A DNA stretch of 64,000 bases, taken from contig JBDONT010000029.1 of the NCBI GenBank assembly GCA_039831155.1, positions 529 through 64,528 on the forward strand, in the 5' to 3' direction. Positions 54,269 through 63,191 of this stretch are shown in pieces. Position 1 is the first letter of the stretch, and each line of letters starts with the position of its first letter. Position numbers and translations under genes: made by a program. Source of the stretch: Nautiliaceae bacterium. GTDB lineage: Bacteria > Campylobacterota > Campylobacteria > Campylobacterales > Nautiliaceae. The notes below the pieces were generated by a model. That model was not told where the DNA came from and did not search any database. It saw only the letters and a program-made list of their open reading frames with translations.

Positions 54269-55039
54269 TTAAACTTTCATAAGCCTCCATATAAAAAACA
54301 CAAACGGCACTTCAAATATGAGAGATATCCCTATAGCTTTAATGGTCCCGTAAGGGTCGTCGGTATAAGGAAGTCCTCCCGTATTCATACCGAAAAACCC
54401 GGTAATTAACGTAAGAGGTAAAAAGATGGCAGATAAAATAGTCAAAATAAACATAATATTATTCATTTTTTCATCTTGTTTAGCTTTAAAAAACTCATAT
54501 AAATAATCAAGTTTTTCAATGGCGTTTTTTGAAAATCTAAAAGCCCTCTCAATATGCTCCGCTAAATCCCTAAAAGCAAACTCATCAAGTTTTGATTTAT
54601 AATATTTTAAAAACCTTTCAAAAGCTATTTGAGAATGCCCCATAAGTCTTTCTATCAAAACAAGCTCTTTCTTATATTTAAGCCATTGATTAGAAAAATC
54701 ATAAGGCATATCGTTTTCGTAAAGTTCATCTTCTATTTTTGCAATAGCTATATGTAGTTTGGAGATTTTTCCCAAAATCTCATCTATTCTAACATCCAAA
54801 TAATCGTGTAAATCATCAAAACTACCAAGAAACTCAAACTCTTTTGTTTTTCTATCATATTTATAAACTTTATCGTCTTTAATCAAAAACGCATAAGAAA
54901 CAACCCCTACTCCTCCTTCTTCATTAATAAAAGGAAGTCTTAAAATCAAAATAGAATATTCACTCGTAACCTCAAAATCACTCGGATGGTCTTTATTTTC
55001 GATATCGTCAATTAAATATTTATTAATTTTAAATTTCAT
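54269..55039 (-). CDS. corA: CorA-family Mg/Co transporter
   Basis: FLPLTLITGFFGMN signature before the last TM. Confidence 0.8.
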   Translation of the reverse strand: MKFKINKYLIDDIENKDHPSDFEVTSEYSILILRLPFINEEGGVGVVSYAFLIKDDKVYKYDRKTKEFEFLGSFDDLHDYLDVRIDEILGKISKLHIAIAKIEDELYENDMPYDFSNQWLKYKKELVLIERLMGHSQIAFERFLKYYKSKLDEFAFRDLAEHIERAFRFSKNAIEKLDYLYEFFKAKQDEKMNNIMFILTILSAIFLPLTLITGFFGMNTGGLPYTDDPYGTIKAIGISLIFEVPFVFFIWRLMKV

Positions 55040-56727
55040 AAAAATTCCTTTTTTAAAAATCTACTAAAAAGATAAAGCGTCCACAAATGCTGCTTATACC
55101 TTTTATGCCCGGTTTTTATAATCTCTTTCAAATACTCTTCATTAAAAATTTTGGTTTTTCTGTTTACATCTATAATCACTCTTAGCTCATTTTCCTCTTT
55201 AAGCCACTCTAAAAACGGATAAGCAAAACCTTTTTTTCTTCTGTTTACAATTTCGTTTGGTAAATATTTTTTTGCTATCTCTTTTACTATCCACTTATTA
55301 GCACCTCTTACCTCCTCTTTTAAAGAGAAAACGAAGTTTACCAAATTTTTATCCAAAAAAGGACTCCTAGCCTCAATTCCATACGCCATAAACATCTTAT
55401 CAAGCTTCATTAAAAGCACTTCCCCTATCCAAACCTTTAAATCAAAATAAGTAAAATCAAAGCTCCCCCACCCTTTTACAAAACGTTTATAATCAACTTC
55501 TTTAGCTCTTTTTTTTAAAACCTTATTAATCTGTCTTTGATAAAAAGTTTCGTTAATACCCCTAAAAACCACCTCATCTGCAAAAAACCTCCTAAAAATT
55601 TCCCACTCTTTTATATCTTCAGGGTATCTTTCAAGATACTTTTTAAGCCACTTTTTATTAGGAAGATACGCTTTAAAAAAGCCCAAATATTCGTTATACC
55701 TTCTATATCCTAAAAAAAGCTCGTCGCTCCCCTCTCCACTTAAAACAACTTTTAAAGGAATTTTTGAAGCCAAAAAATTAGCCGGAAAAAAACTACTATC
55801 CGCAATAGGCTCGTCCATATCGTTTAAAACTTTTTCAAAAGAATCAAAAAAATCCTTTTTGGTATAGTTTATTTCATAATGAGTAGAATTAATATGATTC
55901 TCTACAATCTTAGCGTATTTCCTCTCATCATAATTCTCATACCCCTCATACCCAATACTAAAGGTTTTTATCTCTCTCTCTTGAGATAAAAGAGCACAAA
56001 TCAAACTGCTATCCACTCCCCCACTTAAAAGAGCCCCTATCTCCACATCTCCCATCAATCTTTTTTTTATGCTTTGTCTTAAAAGATTTTCCACTTCTAC
56101 AATAACATTCCCCTCATCCCTCTCCTCTCTTTTAAAATCAAACCATCTTTTTATCTCTCCGTCAAAATAACACCCACTAGGAAGCTTATAAATTCCTTCA
56201 TAAATAGTATTAGGTGCCAAACTTGAATTAAGTGCCAAATATTCACTCAAAGCGTTAAAATTCAACTCTTTTTTCACAAAAGGCAAAATAGCTTTTATTT
56301 CACTTGCAAATATACCGTTTTTAGTAAAATAAAGAGGTTTTTTACCAAACTCATCCCTAAAAAGATAAAGTTTTTTATCATAAACGGCAATCGCAAACAT
56401 CCCGTCAAACAACTTAACAAAATCAATCCCAAACCTAACCCACAATTCATACAAAACTTCCACTTCAGTTATAGCATTTAAAGAAAACCTCTTTATAAGT
56501 TCTTTGTAGTTATAAATTTCACCGTTAAACAAAACAACCACCCCATTTTTAAAAAAGGGCTGATTATTTACGTTTATATTTTCTATCGCAAGCCTGTTAA
56601 AACCGAACATCCCAAAAGAAGTTTTCAAAACAGATTGAAAATCTAACCCCCTATGAGAGATTAAGTCAAGAGCGTATTTAAACTTTTTTTCATCAACTTT
56701 TCCTATTATTCCCAATATAGCACACAA
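55036..56727 (-). CDS. asnB: Asparagine synthase (glutamine-hydrolysing) family amidotransferase
   Basis: Cys2, HRG, RLAI, FNGEIYN, RDEFGKKPLY, LSGGVDSS, SGEGSDELF, RSPFLD. Confidence 0.88.
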   Translation of the reverse strand: MCAILGIIGKVDEKKFKYALDLISHRGLDFQSVLKTSFGMFGFNRLAIENINVNNQPFFKNGVVVLFNGEIYNYKELIKRFSLNAITEVEVLYELWVRFGIDFVKLFDGMFAIAVYDKKLYLFRDEFGKKPLYFTKNGIFASEIKAILPFVKKELNFNALSEYLALNSSLAPNTIYEGIYKLPSGCYFDGEIKRWFDFKREERDEGNVIVEVENLLRQSIKKRLMGDVEIGALLSGGVDSSLICALLSQEREIKTFSIGYEGYENYDERKYAKIVENHINSTHYEINYTKKDFFDSFEKVLNDMDEPIADSSFFPANFLASKIPLKVVLSGEGSDELFLGYRRYNEYLGFFKAYLPNKKWLKKYLERYPEDIKEWEIFRRFFADEVVFRGINETFYQRQINKVLKKRAKEVDYKRFVKGWGSFDFTYFDLKVWIGEVLLMKLDKMFMAYGIEARSPFLDKNLVNFVFSLKEEVRGANKWIVKEIAKKYLPNEIVNRRKKGFAYPFLEWLKEENELRVIIDVNRKTKIFNEEYLKEIIKTGHKRYKQHLWTLYLFSRFLKKEFL

Positions 56728-56768
56728 AGTAAACCTTTTTTGTTAAAATTCTACCAAAAAGGAAAACA

Positions 56769-57557
56769 ATGAAAGACGTTTTTAAATATACATTCCTAAC
56801 AATTGCAGATATTAAAAAGTTTCTATTTATAGTACTTTTAATTTCTACTTTCACTTTACTTGAGAGTATCCCGTTTATTAAGACAATAGCTTTTCTTTTT
56901 GAAAAATTACTCTATTTAAGCATAGGCGTTCTTCTAATTCACATCTTAAAAAGAACCCCTAATGAAAATAAATTTTTCGAAATTTTAACATACCAACCTT
57001 TCTCTACCTTTACCCTCCATTTTATACCGAGTGCCAGTGGGATTTTAATGGGAATAATTATAATCCTAACTCTTTTTATCTCATTTTTTATATTCATACT
57101 GCAATTTACATCATCTCTTTTTATTCTTCAAAACCCTCACGAGGTTTTAATCGCCCTTTCAAAAGCACCTTATATTACTAAAGTATTATTAGGATTCTAT
57201 TCTGTGTATCTACTCTTTTTTTCTTATATATTCTTAGGAAAATTCGGAGAAGCCTTAACAAAAGAAAATTTCAAAGACGCTTTTTTAGCCACCTTATCTT
57301 CTGTAGTAGATTTTAAATTTTGGATAAACAGTTTTAATTTAAAATATATGGGAATTTATTTTATTTGGAGTTTAATAATTTCTTTTTTCTACGTTATCAT
57401 AACTTTTAGTTACATATTTTACGTTTATCCTATTGTTCTTAAAAATCCGGATTTCTCTTTAATCATAATCCCTATTTTATCTTCTTGCACCGCAATACTA
57501 CTTTATTTTACTTTTTTTAGTGCTTATTTCTCATACAAAACTACAACTTCTTTTTAA
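56769..57557 (+). CDS. Hypothetical integral membrane protein
   Basis: About six hydrophobic segments, SD-led start; no motif recognised. Confidence 0.6.
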   Translation: MKDVFKYTFLTIADIKKFLFIVLLISTFTLLESIPFIKTIAFLFEKLLYLSIGVLLIHILKRTPNENKFFEILTYQPFSTFTLHFIPSASGILMGIIIILTLFISFFIFILQFTSSLFILQNPHEVLIALSKAPYITKVLLGFYSVYLLFFSYIFLGKFGEALTKENFKDAFLATLSSVVDFKFWINSFNLKYMGIYFIWSLIISFFYVIITFSYIFYVYPIVLKNPDFSLIIIPILSSCTAILLYFTFFSAYFSYKTTTSF

Positions 57558-58051
57558 TTCTTTTTTTTTATCAAAAAAAGATATCCCAAAGCCACTGCCG
57601 GTACTACACTAACCCCAAATAAAAAACTTAAATAATCAAAGATATTATTCTTAGTAAGCCAAATAAACCCAGATATTAAACTTGCATATCCCCCTATTCT
57701 AAGAAGATTAAATCCACCCTTAAAATAAAACAAAATAGCTTCATACCATTTAAGCTTCTTTTCTTTTAATTTTTTAAGCTCTTCTTTTTTTATCTCATCC
57801 TCTTCATCGTCAAGATTATAAGGGTCTTCATATTTTTTTAAAATATCTTCTCCTACGTTACCGTTTTTAATCTGTGCTTTTACCATATTAGAATACCCTA
57901 TAAAACTTCCCAAAATTATCAAACTCACACTAAAAAACGCTATTTGAGTATTATAAAGCCAAATCATATTATCTTCCAAATAACAAAAAACGACAATTCC
58001 TACATCAATAGCAATTAAAATCCTTAACACGTTAAAAAATTCTCTCATCAA
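57554..58051 (-). CDS. Hypothetical membrane protein
   Basis: Four hydrophobic segments around an acidic loop (DPYNLDDEEDE). Confidence 0.6.
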   Translation of the reverse strand: MMREFFNVLRILIAIDVGIVVFCYLEDNMIWLYNTQIAFFSVSLIILGSFIGYSNMVKAQIKNGNVGEDILKKYEDPYNLDDEEDEIKKEELKKLKEKKLKWYEAILFYFKGGFNLLRIGGYASLISGFIWLTKNNIFDYLSFLFGVSVVPAVALGYLFLIKKKN

Positions 58052-58057
58052 TTCTCC

Positions 58058-58954
58058 TTAAATTATAGCCTTATAAAACTTAACCCCTCCTACAAACACC
58101 TCTTCTATTAAATTTTCCTTTAATAAATCGTTAAAAACCTTTTGAGTATGCTCGTCAAAAATATGCTCAACGTCAGAATCGCTAAAAGGCCTCTTTTTAA
58201 GAGTTGTCAAAAGCTCCTCTTTTGTTAAATTCTCGATTTGAAATTTCAGTTTTTCCCTGGTCGGAATAAAAATATGCTGATTTTCAATTTTTCTAGACAA
58301 CTCAAAAAGGTTTTTTACACTAACTCCTTTAACGTTATAAGCAGGAGGTCTGTCAATTGTTGAAATATCAACTCTGTTTGGTTTTATCTCTTTTAAAACT
58401 TCATTTAGTTTTTCAAACTCTTCTTCTTTATCATTAATCCCCTTAACAACCAAAATCTCGATAATAAGCTCTTTATTGTAAATTTTTCTAAACTCTTTAA
58501 TTCCTCTAACAATATCTTCTATTTTTATATCTTTATGAGGTCTGTCTATTTTCTTGAAGATTTTAGGAGTTACGGCATCAAGAGAAAGTTTTACTATGTC
58601 AAACTTTAAAAGAGTATTTTGAATCTCTTTTTTAAAAATCGTAGAAGAGTTACTCAAAATAAGCAGTTTTTGATTTTTAATTTTACTTACAAGTTCATCC
58701 AAATAAGGATATAAAGTCGGCTCCCCGTTACTTGTAATAGTCAAAACATCAAAATTAAACTTATCTATAGCTTCATTTATCTCTTTTAAAATTTCATCTA
58801 CACTAGGGGGATTAGCATATTCATTAACCGGCTTTGCCGGGTCAAGTTCGCAGTATATACAATCAAAATTACATCTTTTTTTATCGGGAGAGAGGTCGAC
58901 TCCAAGACTCATCCCAAAACGTCTTGAAGCCACCGGACCGAATATATATTTCAT
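58058..58954 (-). CDS. Radical SAM protein of unknown function
   Basis: GPVASRRFGMSLGVD, CNFDCIYC, SNGEPTLY. Confidence 0.85.
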   Translation of the reverse strand: MKYIFGPVASRRFGMSLGVDLSPDKKRCNFDCIYCELDPAKPVNEYANPPSVDEILKEINEAIDKFNFDVLTITSNGEPTLYPYLDELVSKIKNQKLLILSNSSTIFKKEIQNTLLKFDIVKLSLDAVTPKIFKKIDRPHKDIKIEDIVRGIKEFRKIYNKELIIEILVVKGINDKEEEFEKLNEVLKEIKPNRVDISTIDRPPAYNVKGVSVKNLFELSRKIENQHIFIPTREKLKFQIENLTKEELLTTLKKRPFSDSDVEHIFDEHTQKVFNDLLKENLIEEVFVGGVKFYKAII

Positions 58955-58969
58955 AATTTCACCTTAAAA

Positions 58970-59494
58970 TTAATGTTCGCCTTTATGCATATAATATAAA
59001 GCCAAAGCAAGTGCTAAAATACTTCCGGCAAGATACAACATCTCAAGTGGACTTGCAAACTCCATATGCATAACTCTTTTAAAAAATCCGACGATTAAAA
59101 CCATTACAACAACTTTACCAAGTTTGTCTTTAAGCTCATCCAAACTGTGAATAGCTAAAATTTTACTTCCGACTTCACTATTTTCCGCATCATCAATTTC
59201 GCTAATAAAAAGCTCATAAATACCGAATGAAAAAATAAGCAACACAACGGCTATAAGATATAAATCCACAGCCCCTATTATTTTACCTATTAACATTTCG
59301 TGGAAATTATCCGGATGATAGTGAGAAAAGAAAAAGAGATAAGTTTTCTTAGCCACCATCACTATATCGTAACTGGCTACCAAAAATAGAACTATAGCTC
59401 CTATCATCCCGAAAATAACTGCCAAAACGGCAATTATCCTACTTCTCCAAAGCGTACCTTCAAATATTGCTTCTAAAAAACCTCTATTTTCCAT
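58970..59494 (-). CDS. YqhA/UPF0114 family membrane protein
   Basis: AVDLYLIAVVLLIFSFGIYELFIS, SLDELKDKL. Confidence 0.85.
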   Translation of the reverse strand: MENRGFLEAIFEGTLWRSRIIAVLAVIFGMIGAIVLFLVASYDIVMVAKKTYLFFFSHYHPDNFHEMLIGKIIGAVDLYLIAVVLLIFSFGIYELFISEIDDAENSEVGSKILAIHSLDELKDKLGKVVVMVLIVGFFKRVMHMEFASPLEMLYLAGSILALALALYYMHKGEH

Positions 59495-60528
59495 TATTTA
59501 GCCTCCGTTTCTATCCATTTTTCAGCAATTCTCACTGCATTTGTAGCAGCACCTACTCTAATTTGGTCTGCAACGTTAAAGAAATGTAAAACTTTCGGGT
59601 CATATAAATCTTTTCTGATTCTACCCACATACACATAATCGGTATCGGTTGCAATTATAGGCATAGGGTATTCGTTTTTTTCAGGATTATCTATAACTTT
59701 TACATCTTCAAAATTTGCAAGCACTTCTCTTGCCCTCTCAACCGAAACCTCTTTTTCACAATAAATAGTAATAGCCTCACTATGGCTTCTAAGTACCGGT
59801 ACCCTTACGCAAGTCGGTGCCACTTGAATGTTTGAGTGCATAATTTTATTTGTTTCATTTACCATCTTCATCTCTTCTTTCGTAAATCCGTTATCCATAA
59901 ATTTATCGATATGAGGAATTACGTTTAAAGCGATTTGATGTTGAAAAACTTCTCTCTCTTCCACTTTTTTATCAAGCTTAAAATTAAATAAAGCTCTCAT
60001 CTGCTCAAAAAGTTCTTCCATTCCTTTTTTCCCGGCACCACTTACGGCTTGATAAGTAGCCACGTCAACTCTTTTGATTCCGAACTCTTTATGAAGAGGT
60101 GCTAAAGAAATAACCATCTGAATCGTAGAACAGTTCGGATTTGCAATAATTCCCTTTTTCTTCCACAAAGCTATATCCTCCGGGTTTACTTCCGGTACCA
60201 CAAGAGGAACGTCAGGGTCCATCCTAAAATGACTCGTATTATCAATTACAACCGCCCCGGCTTCTGCTGCACAAGGAGCAAACTTCGCACTCACACTCCC
60301 TCCGGCACTAAAAAACGCAATATCAATCTCTTCTTCCTTAAATACATCACAGGTAAGTTCTTTTACTTTTAAAGTCTCACCTTTAAACTCAACTTCTCTT
60401 CCCACACTTCTTGCACTCGCAAGAGGAACCAATTTTTTAACGGGAAAATTTCTCTCTTCAAGTATTCTTAATAACTCTTCTCCAACCGCTCCGGTTGCTC
60501 CGGCAATCGCTACGTTATACATATTCAC
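59494..60528 (-). CDS. asd: Aspartate-semialdehyde dehydrogenase
   Basis: GATGAVG, DNTSHFRM, NPNCSTIQ, TYQAVSGAG, CVRVP.LRSHSE, DQIRVGAA. Confidence 0.97.
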   Translation of the reverse strand: MNMYNVAIAGATGAVGEELLRILEERNFPVKKLVPLASARSVGREVEFKGETLKVKELTCDVFKEEEIDIAFFSAGGSVSAKFAPCAAEAGAVVIDNTSHFRMDPDVPLVVPEVNPEDIALWKKKGIIANPNCSTIQMVISLAPLHKEFGIKRVDVATYQAVSGAGKKGMEELFEQMRALFNFKLDKKVEEREVFQHQIALNVIPHIDKFMDNGFTKEEMKMVNETNKIMHSNIQVAPTCVRVPVLRSHSEAITIYCEKEVSVERAREVLANFEDVKVIDNPEKNEYPMPIIATDTDYVYVGRIRKDLYDPKVLHFFNVADQIRVGAATNAVRIAEKWIETEAK

Positions 60529-60532
60529 TCCT

Positions 60533-61651
60533 TTATATAAAAATCAAATCTTCTTTTTTTATTTCTCTATTTTCGCTTAAAATAGCAGCTCTTTCTATTA
60601 CGTTTATAAGCTCCCTTATATTCCCCGGATAATCATACTCAAGCAACGCCTTTTTAGCTTCTTCACTCAAAACCTTCTCTTTTAGAGAGTATTCTTTTAT
60701 AGTTTTTTTAAGTATATTTTCAGCAATTGGAATTATATCGTTTTTTCTCTCTCTTAAAGGTGGTATTTTAATAGGAATGGTATTTAAACGATAATACAAA
60801 TCTTCTCTGAATTTATTATTTTTTATCATCTCTTCAACGTTTTGATTTGTCGCACTTATAATTCTCACATCAAGCTTTATAGGTTTGGTACCTCCTAAAC
60901 GGTAAAACTCTCTCTCTTGTAAAACCCTTAGTAATTTTGCTTGAAGATTATAAGGCATTTCCCCTATTTCATCCAAAAACAGCGTCCCACCCTGGGCAAG
61001 TTCAAAAAGTCCGGTTTTATTGGAAGTCGCATCGGTAAAAGCACCCTTTTCATACCCAAACAACTCACTCTCAATTAAATTTTCAGGAATAGCACCCATA
61101 TTAATAGCTACAAATTTACCGTTTCTGCCACTATTTTCGTGAATAAACTTGGCAAACTCCTCTTTTCCAACTCCACTCTCTCCCAAAAGCATCACGTTTG
61201 CCATTGTAGGAGCCACTTTTTTAGCCATTTCAAGGACTTTTTTTGTATTTTCGTCGTTTGCTATGAAAGCCGGTTTAAACTCTACTTTTTTTCCTTTTGT
61301 TTTTTCTTTGACTCTTCTTTTTCTCTCAATTGCAGCTATTAAATCCTCTATTTCAAAAGGTTTTGTCAAGAAATCTTTAACTCCTAGTCTAAGTGCTTCT
61401 ATCGCTTTATTTAAAGTGGCGTTTCCGGTAATTAAAATAACCTCATACTTCCCTTTTAACTCTTTTACAAACTCAATTCCGTCTATTTTCGGCATAGTAA
61501 TATCGCTCACTATAACATCCACATCATCAGTTAACTTCTTTAACGCATCAATAGCGTTTCTAAATTCGACAACCTCATAACCTTCGCTTTTAAGGGCAAG
61601 TGAGAGAGATTTTCTCATATTTATGTCATCTTCTACAATAGCAACTTTCAT
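60533..61651 (-). CDS. flgR: Sigma54-dependent flagellar response regulator FlgR (no C-terminal HTH)
   Basis: Receiver + GESGVGKE, ESELFG.EKGAFTDA, DEIG, YPGNIREL; ends right after the AAA+ domain; conserved asd/flgP context. Confidence 0.85.
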   Translation of the reverse strand: MKVAIVEDDINMRKSLSLALKSEGYEVVEFRNAIDALKKLTDDVDVIVSDITMPKIDGIEFVKELKGKYEVILITGNATLNKAIEALRLGVKDFLTKPFEIEDLIAAIERKRRVKEKTKGKKVEFKPAFIANDENTKKVLEMAKKVAPTMANVMLLGESGVGKEEFAKFIHENSGRNGKFVAINMGAIPENLIESELFGYEKGAFTDATSNKTGLFELAQGGTLFLDEIGEMPYNLQAKLLRVLQEREFYRLGGTKPIKLDVRIISATNQNVEEMIKNNKFREDLYYRLNTIPIKIPPLRERKNDIIPIAENILKKTIKEYSLKEKVLSEEAKKALLEYDYPGNIRELINVIERAAILSENREIKKEDLIFI

Positions 61652-62016
61652 TCATCACCTTTTAAATAGAAATAAGCAATTCCGTTTTTTATAATGATAT
61701 CAAATCTTTGAGGTAAAAAAGTAAGAGTAGAGATATTACTAAGAGAAAAATTATCAACCTTATCCCTGGAATAAAGAATGACGTTTTTTAATAAAAAATC
61801 CATAATTTCATTTTTATGTTTATAGCAACATTTAATTACGGAAGAATCACAAGGCAAAGAGAAGAGAAACCTTCTTTTGGAATCGACCTTGCTAAGAGCT
61901 TTTGAGCAGTTGAATTTAAAATAACTAAGCTTATAATTACTAACCCTATACTGAAAAGAGATAAAATAATCCCCCCACAGATTAATAGTTATTAACAACA
62001 GTAGGATAATTCTCAA
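61648..62016 (-). CDS. flgQ: FlgQ-like exported protein
   Basis: Signal peptide; position between flgP and flgR as in C. jejuni Cj1026c-Cj1025c-Cj1024c. Confidence 0.55.
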   Translation of the reverse strand: MRIILLLLITINLWGDYFISFQYRVSNYKLSYFKFNCSKALSKVDSKRRFLFSLPCDSSVIKCCYKHKNEIMDFLLKNVILYSRDKVDNFSLSNISTLTFLPQRFDIIIKNGIAYFYLKGDE

Positions 62017-62527
62017 TATATCTGTTCCACTCTTGAGGATTTAATTTAACAGACAACACAACGCTATAAACACCGTTTTTAAAATCTTCTTCTTCTATTT
62101 GTGCCCCTCTTATAAGACCGTAAACATAAGCACGAAGTTGAGAGTTTTGTAAAATCATATTTTTTACCGTATCCCTTCCGTTTACTTGAATTCCGTACAT
62201 TTTTTCCGCCAAGGCTTTATACGCATCAACAATAGCCGCACGCCTTGCCATTACCATCGCTTGAGCAGTAGAACAGGTCCCATTACAAGGAGGAACTCCA
62301 ACACCTTTGGCTTCAAGTCTTAAAATACATTCTCCGGTTGTTTTATTAGTTAAAATACAAGTGTTTTTTTTATTTACCGGTTTTAAAGTAGTAGCAGAAT
62401 TAGAAATACTTTTTCCCGTTACCGAATTAGGAGTTGTACAATTAACGGTTAAAGAAGCGGGTTGAGCGGATTTTGATACGCAACCCGTTAACAATAATCC
62501 TCCTGCCAATAAAAATAATTTTTTCAC
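61982..62527 (-). CDS. flgP: FlgP-like LPP20 lipoprotein, copy 2
   Basis: Lipobox LLLTG-C; GVGVPP...AMVMARRAAIVDAYKALAEKMYGIQVNGRDTVKNM. Confidence 0.75.
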   Translation of the reverse strand: MKKLFLLAGGLLLTGCVSKSAQPASLTVNCTTPNSVTGKSISNSATTLKPVNKKNTCILTNKTTGECILRLEAKGVGVPPCNGTCSTAQAMVMARRAAIVDAYKALAEKMYGIQVNGRDTVKNMILQNSQLRAYVYGLIRGAQIEEEDFKNGVYSVVLSVKLNPQEWNRYIENYPTVVNNY

Positions 62528-62550
62528 TTCTTCTCCTTTTTAAAAGAAGA

Positions 62551-62568
62551 AGCAAAGAACGTTCCGAA
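62551..62568 (-). promoter_or_regulatory. Sigma54 (-24/-12) promoter of flgP copy 2
   Basis: TTCGGAACGTTCTTTGCT: GG-N10-GC spacing, close to the epsilon-proteobacterial TTGGAAC-N4-TTGCT consensus; intergenic. Confidence 0.8.
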
Positions 62569-62569
62569 A

Positions 62570-63127
62570 CTATTGTCTAGCTATATAATTCGGTCTGGTT
62601 TCTAATATTTCATTCCATTTATTTACATCAAGTTTTACGCTCATACTTACCGTATAAATCCCGTTTTTAAAATCTTCTTCTTCTACTCTAGCACCTTTTA
62701 CAACACCTTCAACATAAGCACGAAGTTGAGAGTTTTGTAAAATCATATTTTTTACCGTATCCCTTCCGTTTACTTGAATTCCGTATATTTTTTCCGCCAA
62801 CGCTTTATATGCATCAAGCACTGCAGCACGTCTTGCCATCGCTCTTGCTTGAGCTTCCGAACAAGTCCCATCACACGGAGGAACACCCACACCTTTTGCT
62901 TCTAGTAAAATAATACAAGATTTTTTAATCCCGTTTTCAATTATACACTCTTGATTACCGTATTTTACGGTTTGTATAAGCGGTTTTTGAGGTTTAGGAA
63001 CGACAATAGGTTTAATAACAGGTTTAGAAGTAACTGAGGACGTAGTGTTACAATCAACTAATTCTAATCTCTTACAACATCCGGTAAATAATAAAATACC
63101 ACCTATCGCTAACGCAACTTTTCTCAT
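62570..63127 (-). CDS. flgP: FlgP-like LPP20 lipoprotein, copy 1
   Basis: Lipobox LLFTG-C; same core as copy 2 (ARAMARRAAVLDAYKALAEKIYGIQVNGRDTVKNM). Confidence 0.75.
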   Translation of the reverse strand: MRKVALAIGGILLFTGCCKRLELVDCNTTSSVTSKPVIKPIVVPKPQKPLIQTVKYGNQECIIENGIKKSCIILLEAKGVGVPPCDGTCSEAQARAMARRAAVLDAYKALAEKIYGIQVNGRDTVKNMILQNSQLRAYVEGVVKGARVEEEDFKNGIYTVSMSVKLDVNKWNEILETRPNYIARQ

Positions 63128-63157
63128 CTATTCTCCTTTTACTTTATAATTACCTAA

Positions 63158-63184
63158 TTATCGGCAAAAGGAGAAAAAATTTAA
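63158..63184 (-). promoter_or_regulatory. Sigma28-type promoter of flgP copy 1
   Basis: Perfect GCCGATAA (63165-63158) with TAAA 14 nt (TTAA 15 nt) upstream, in the gyrA-flgP intergenic region. Confidence 0.7.
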
Positions 63185-63191
63185 CAAAAAA

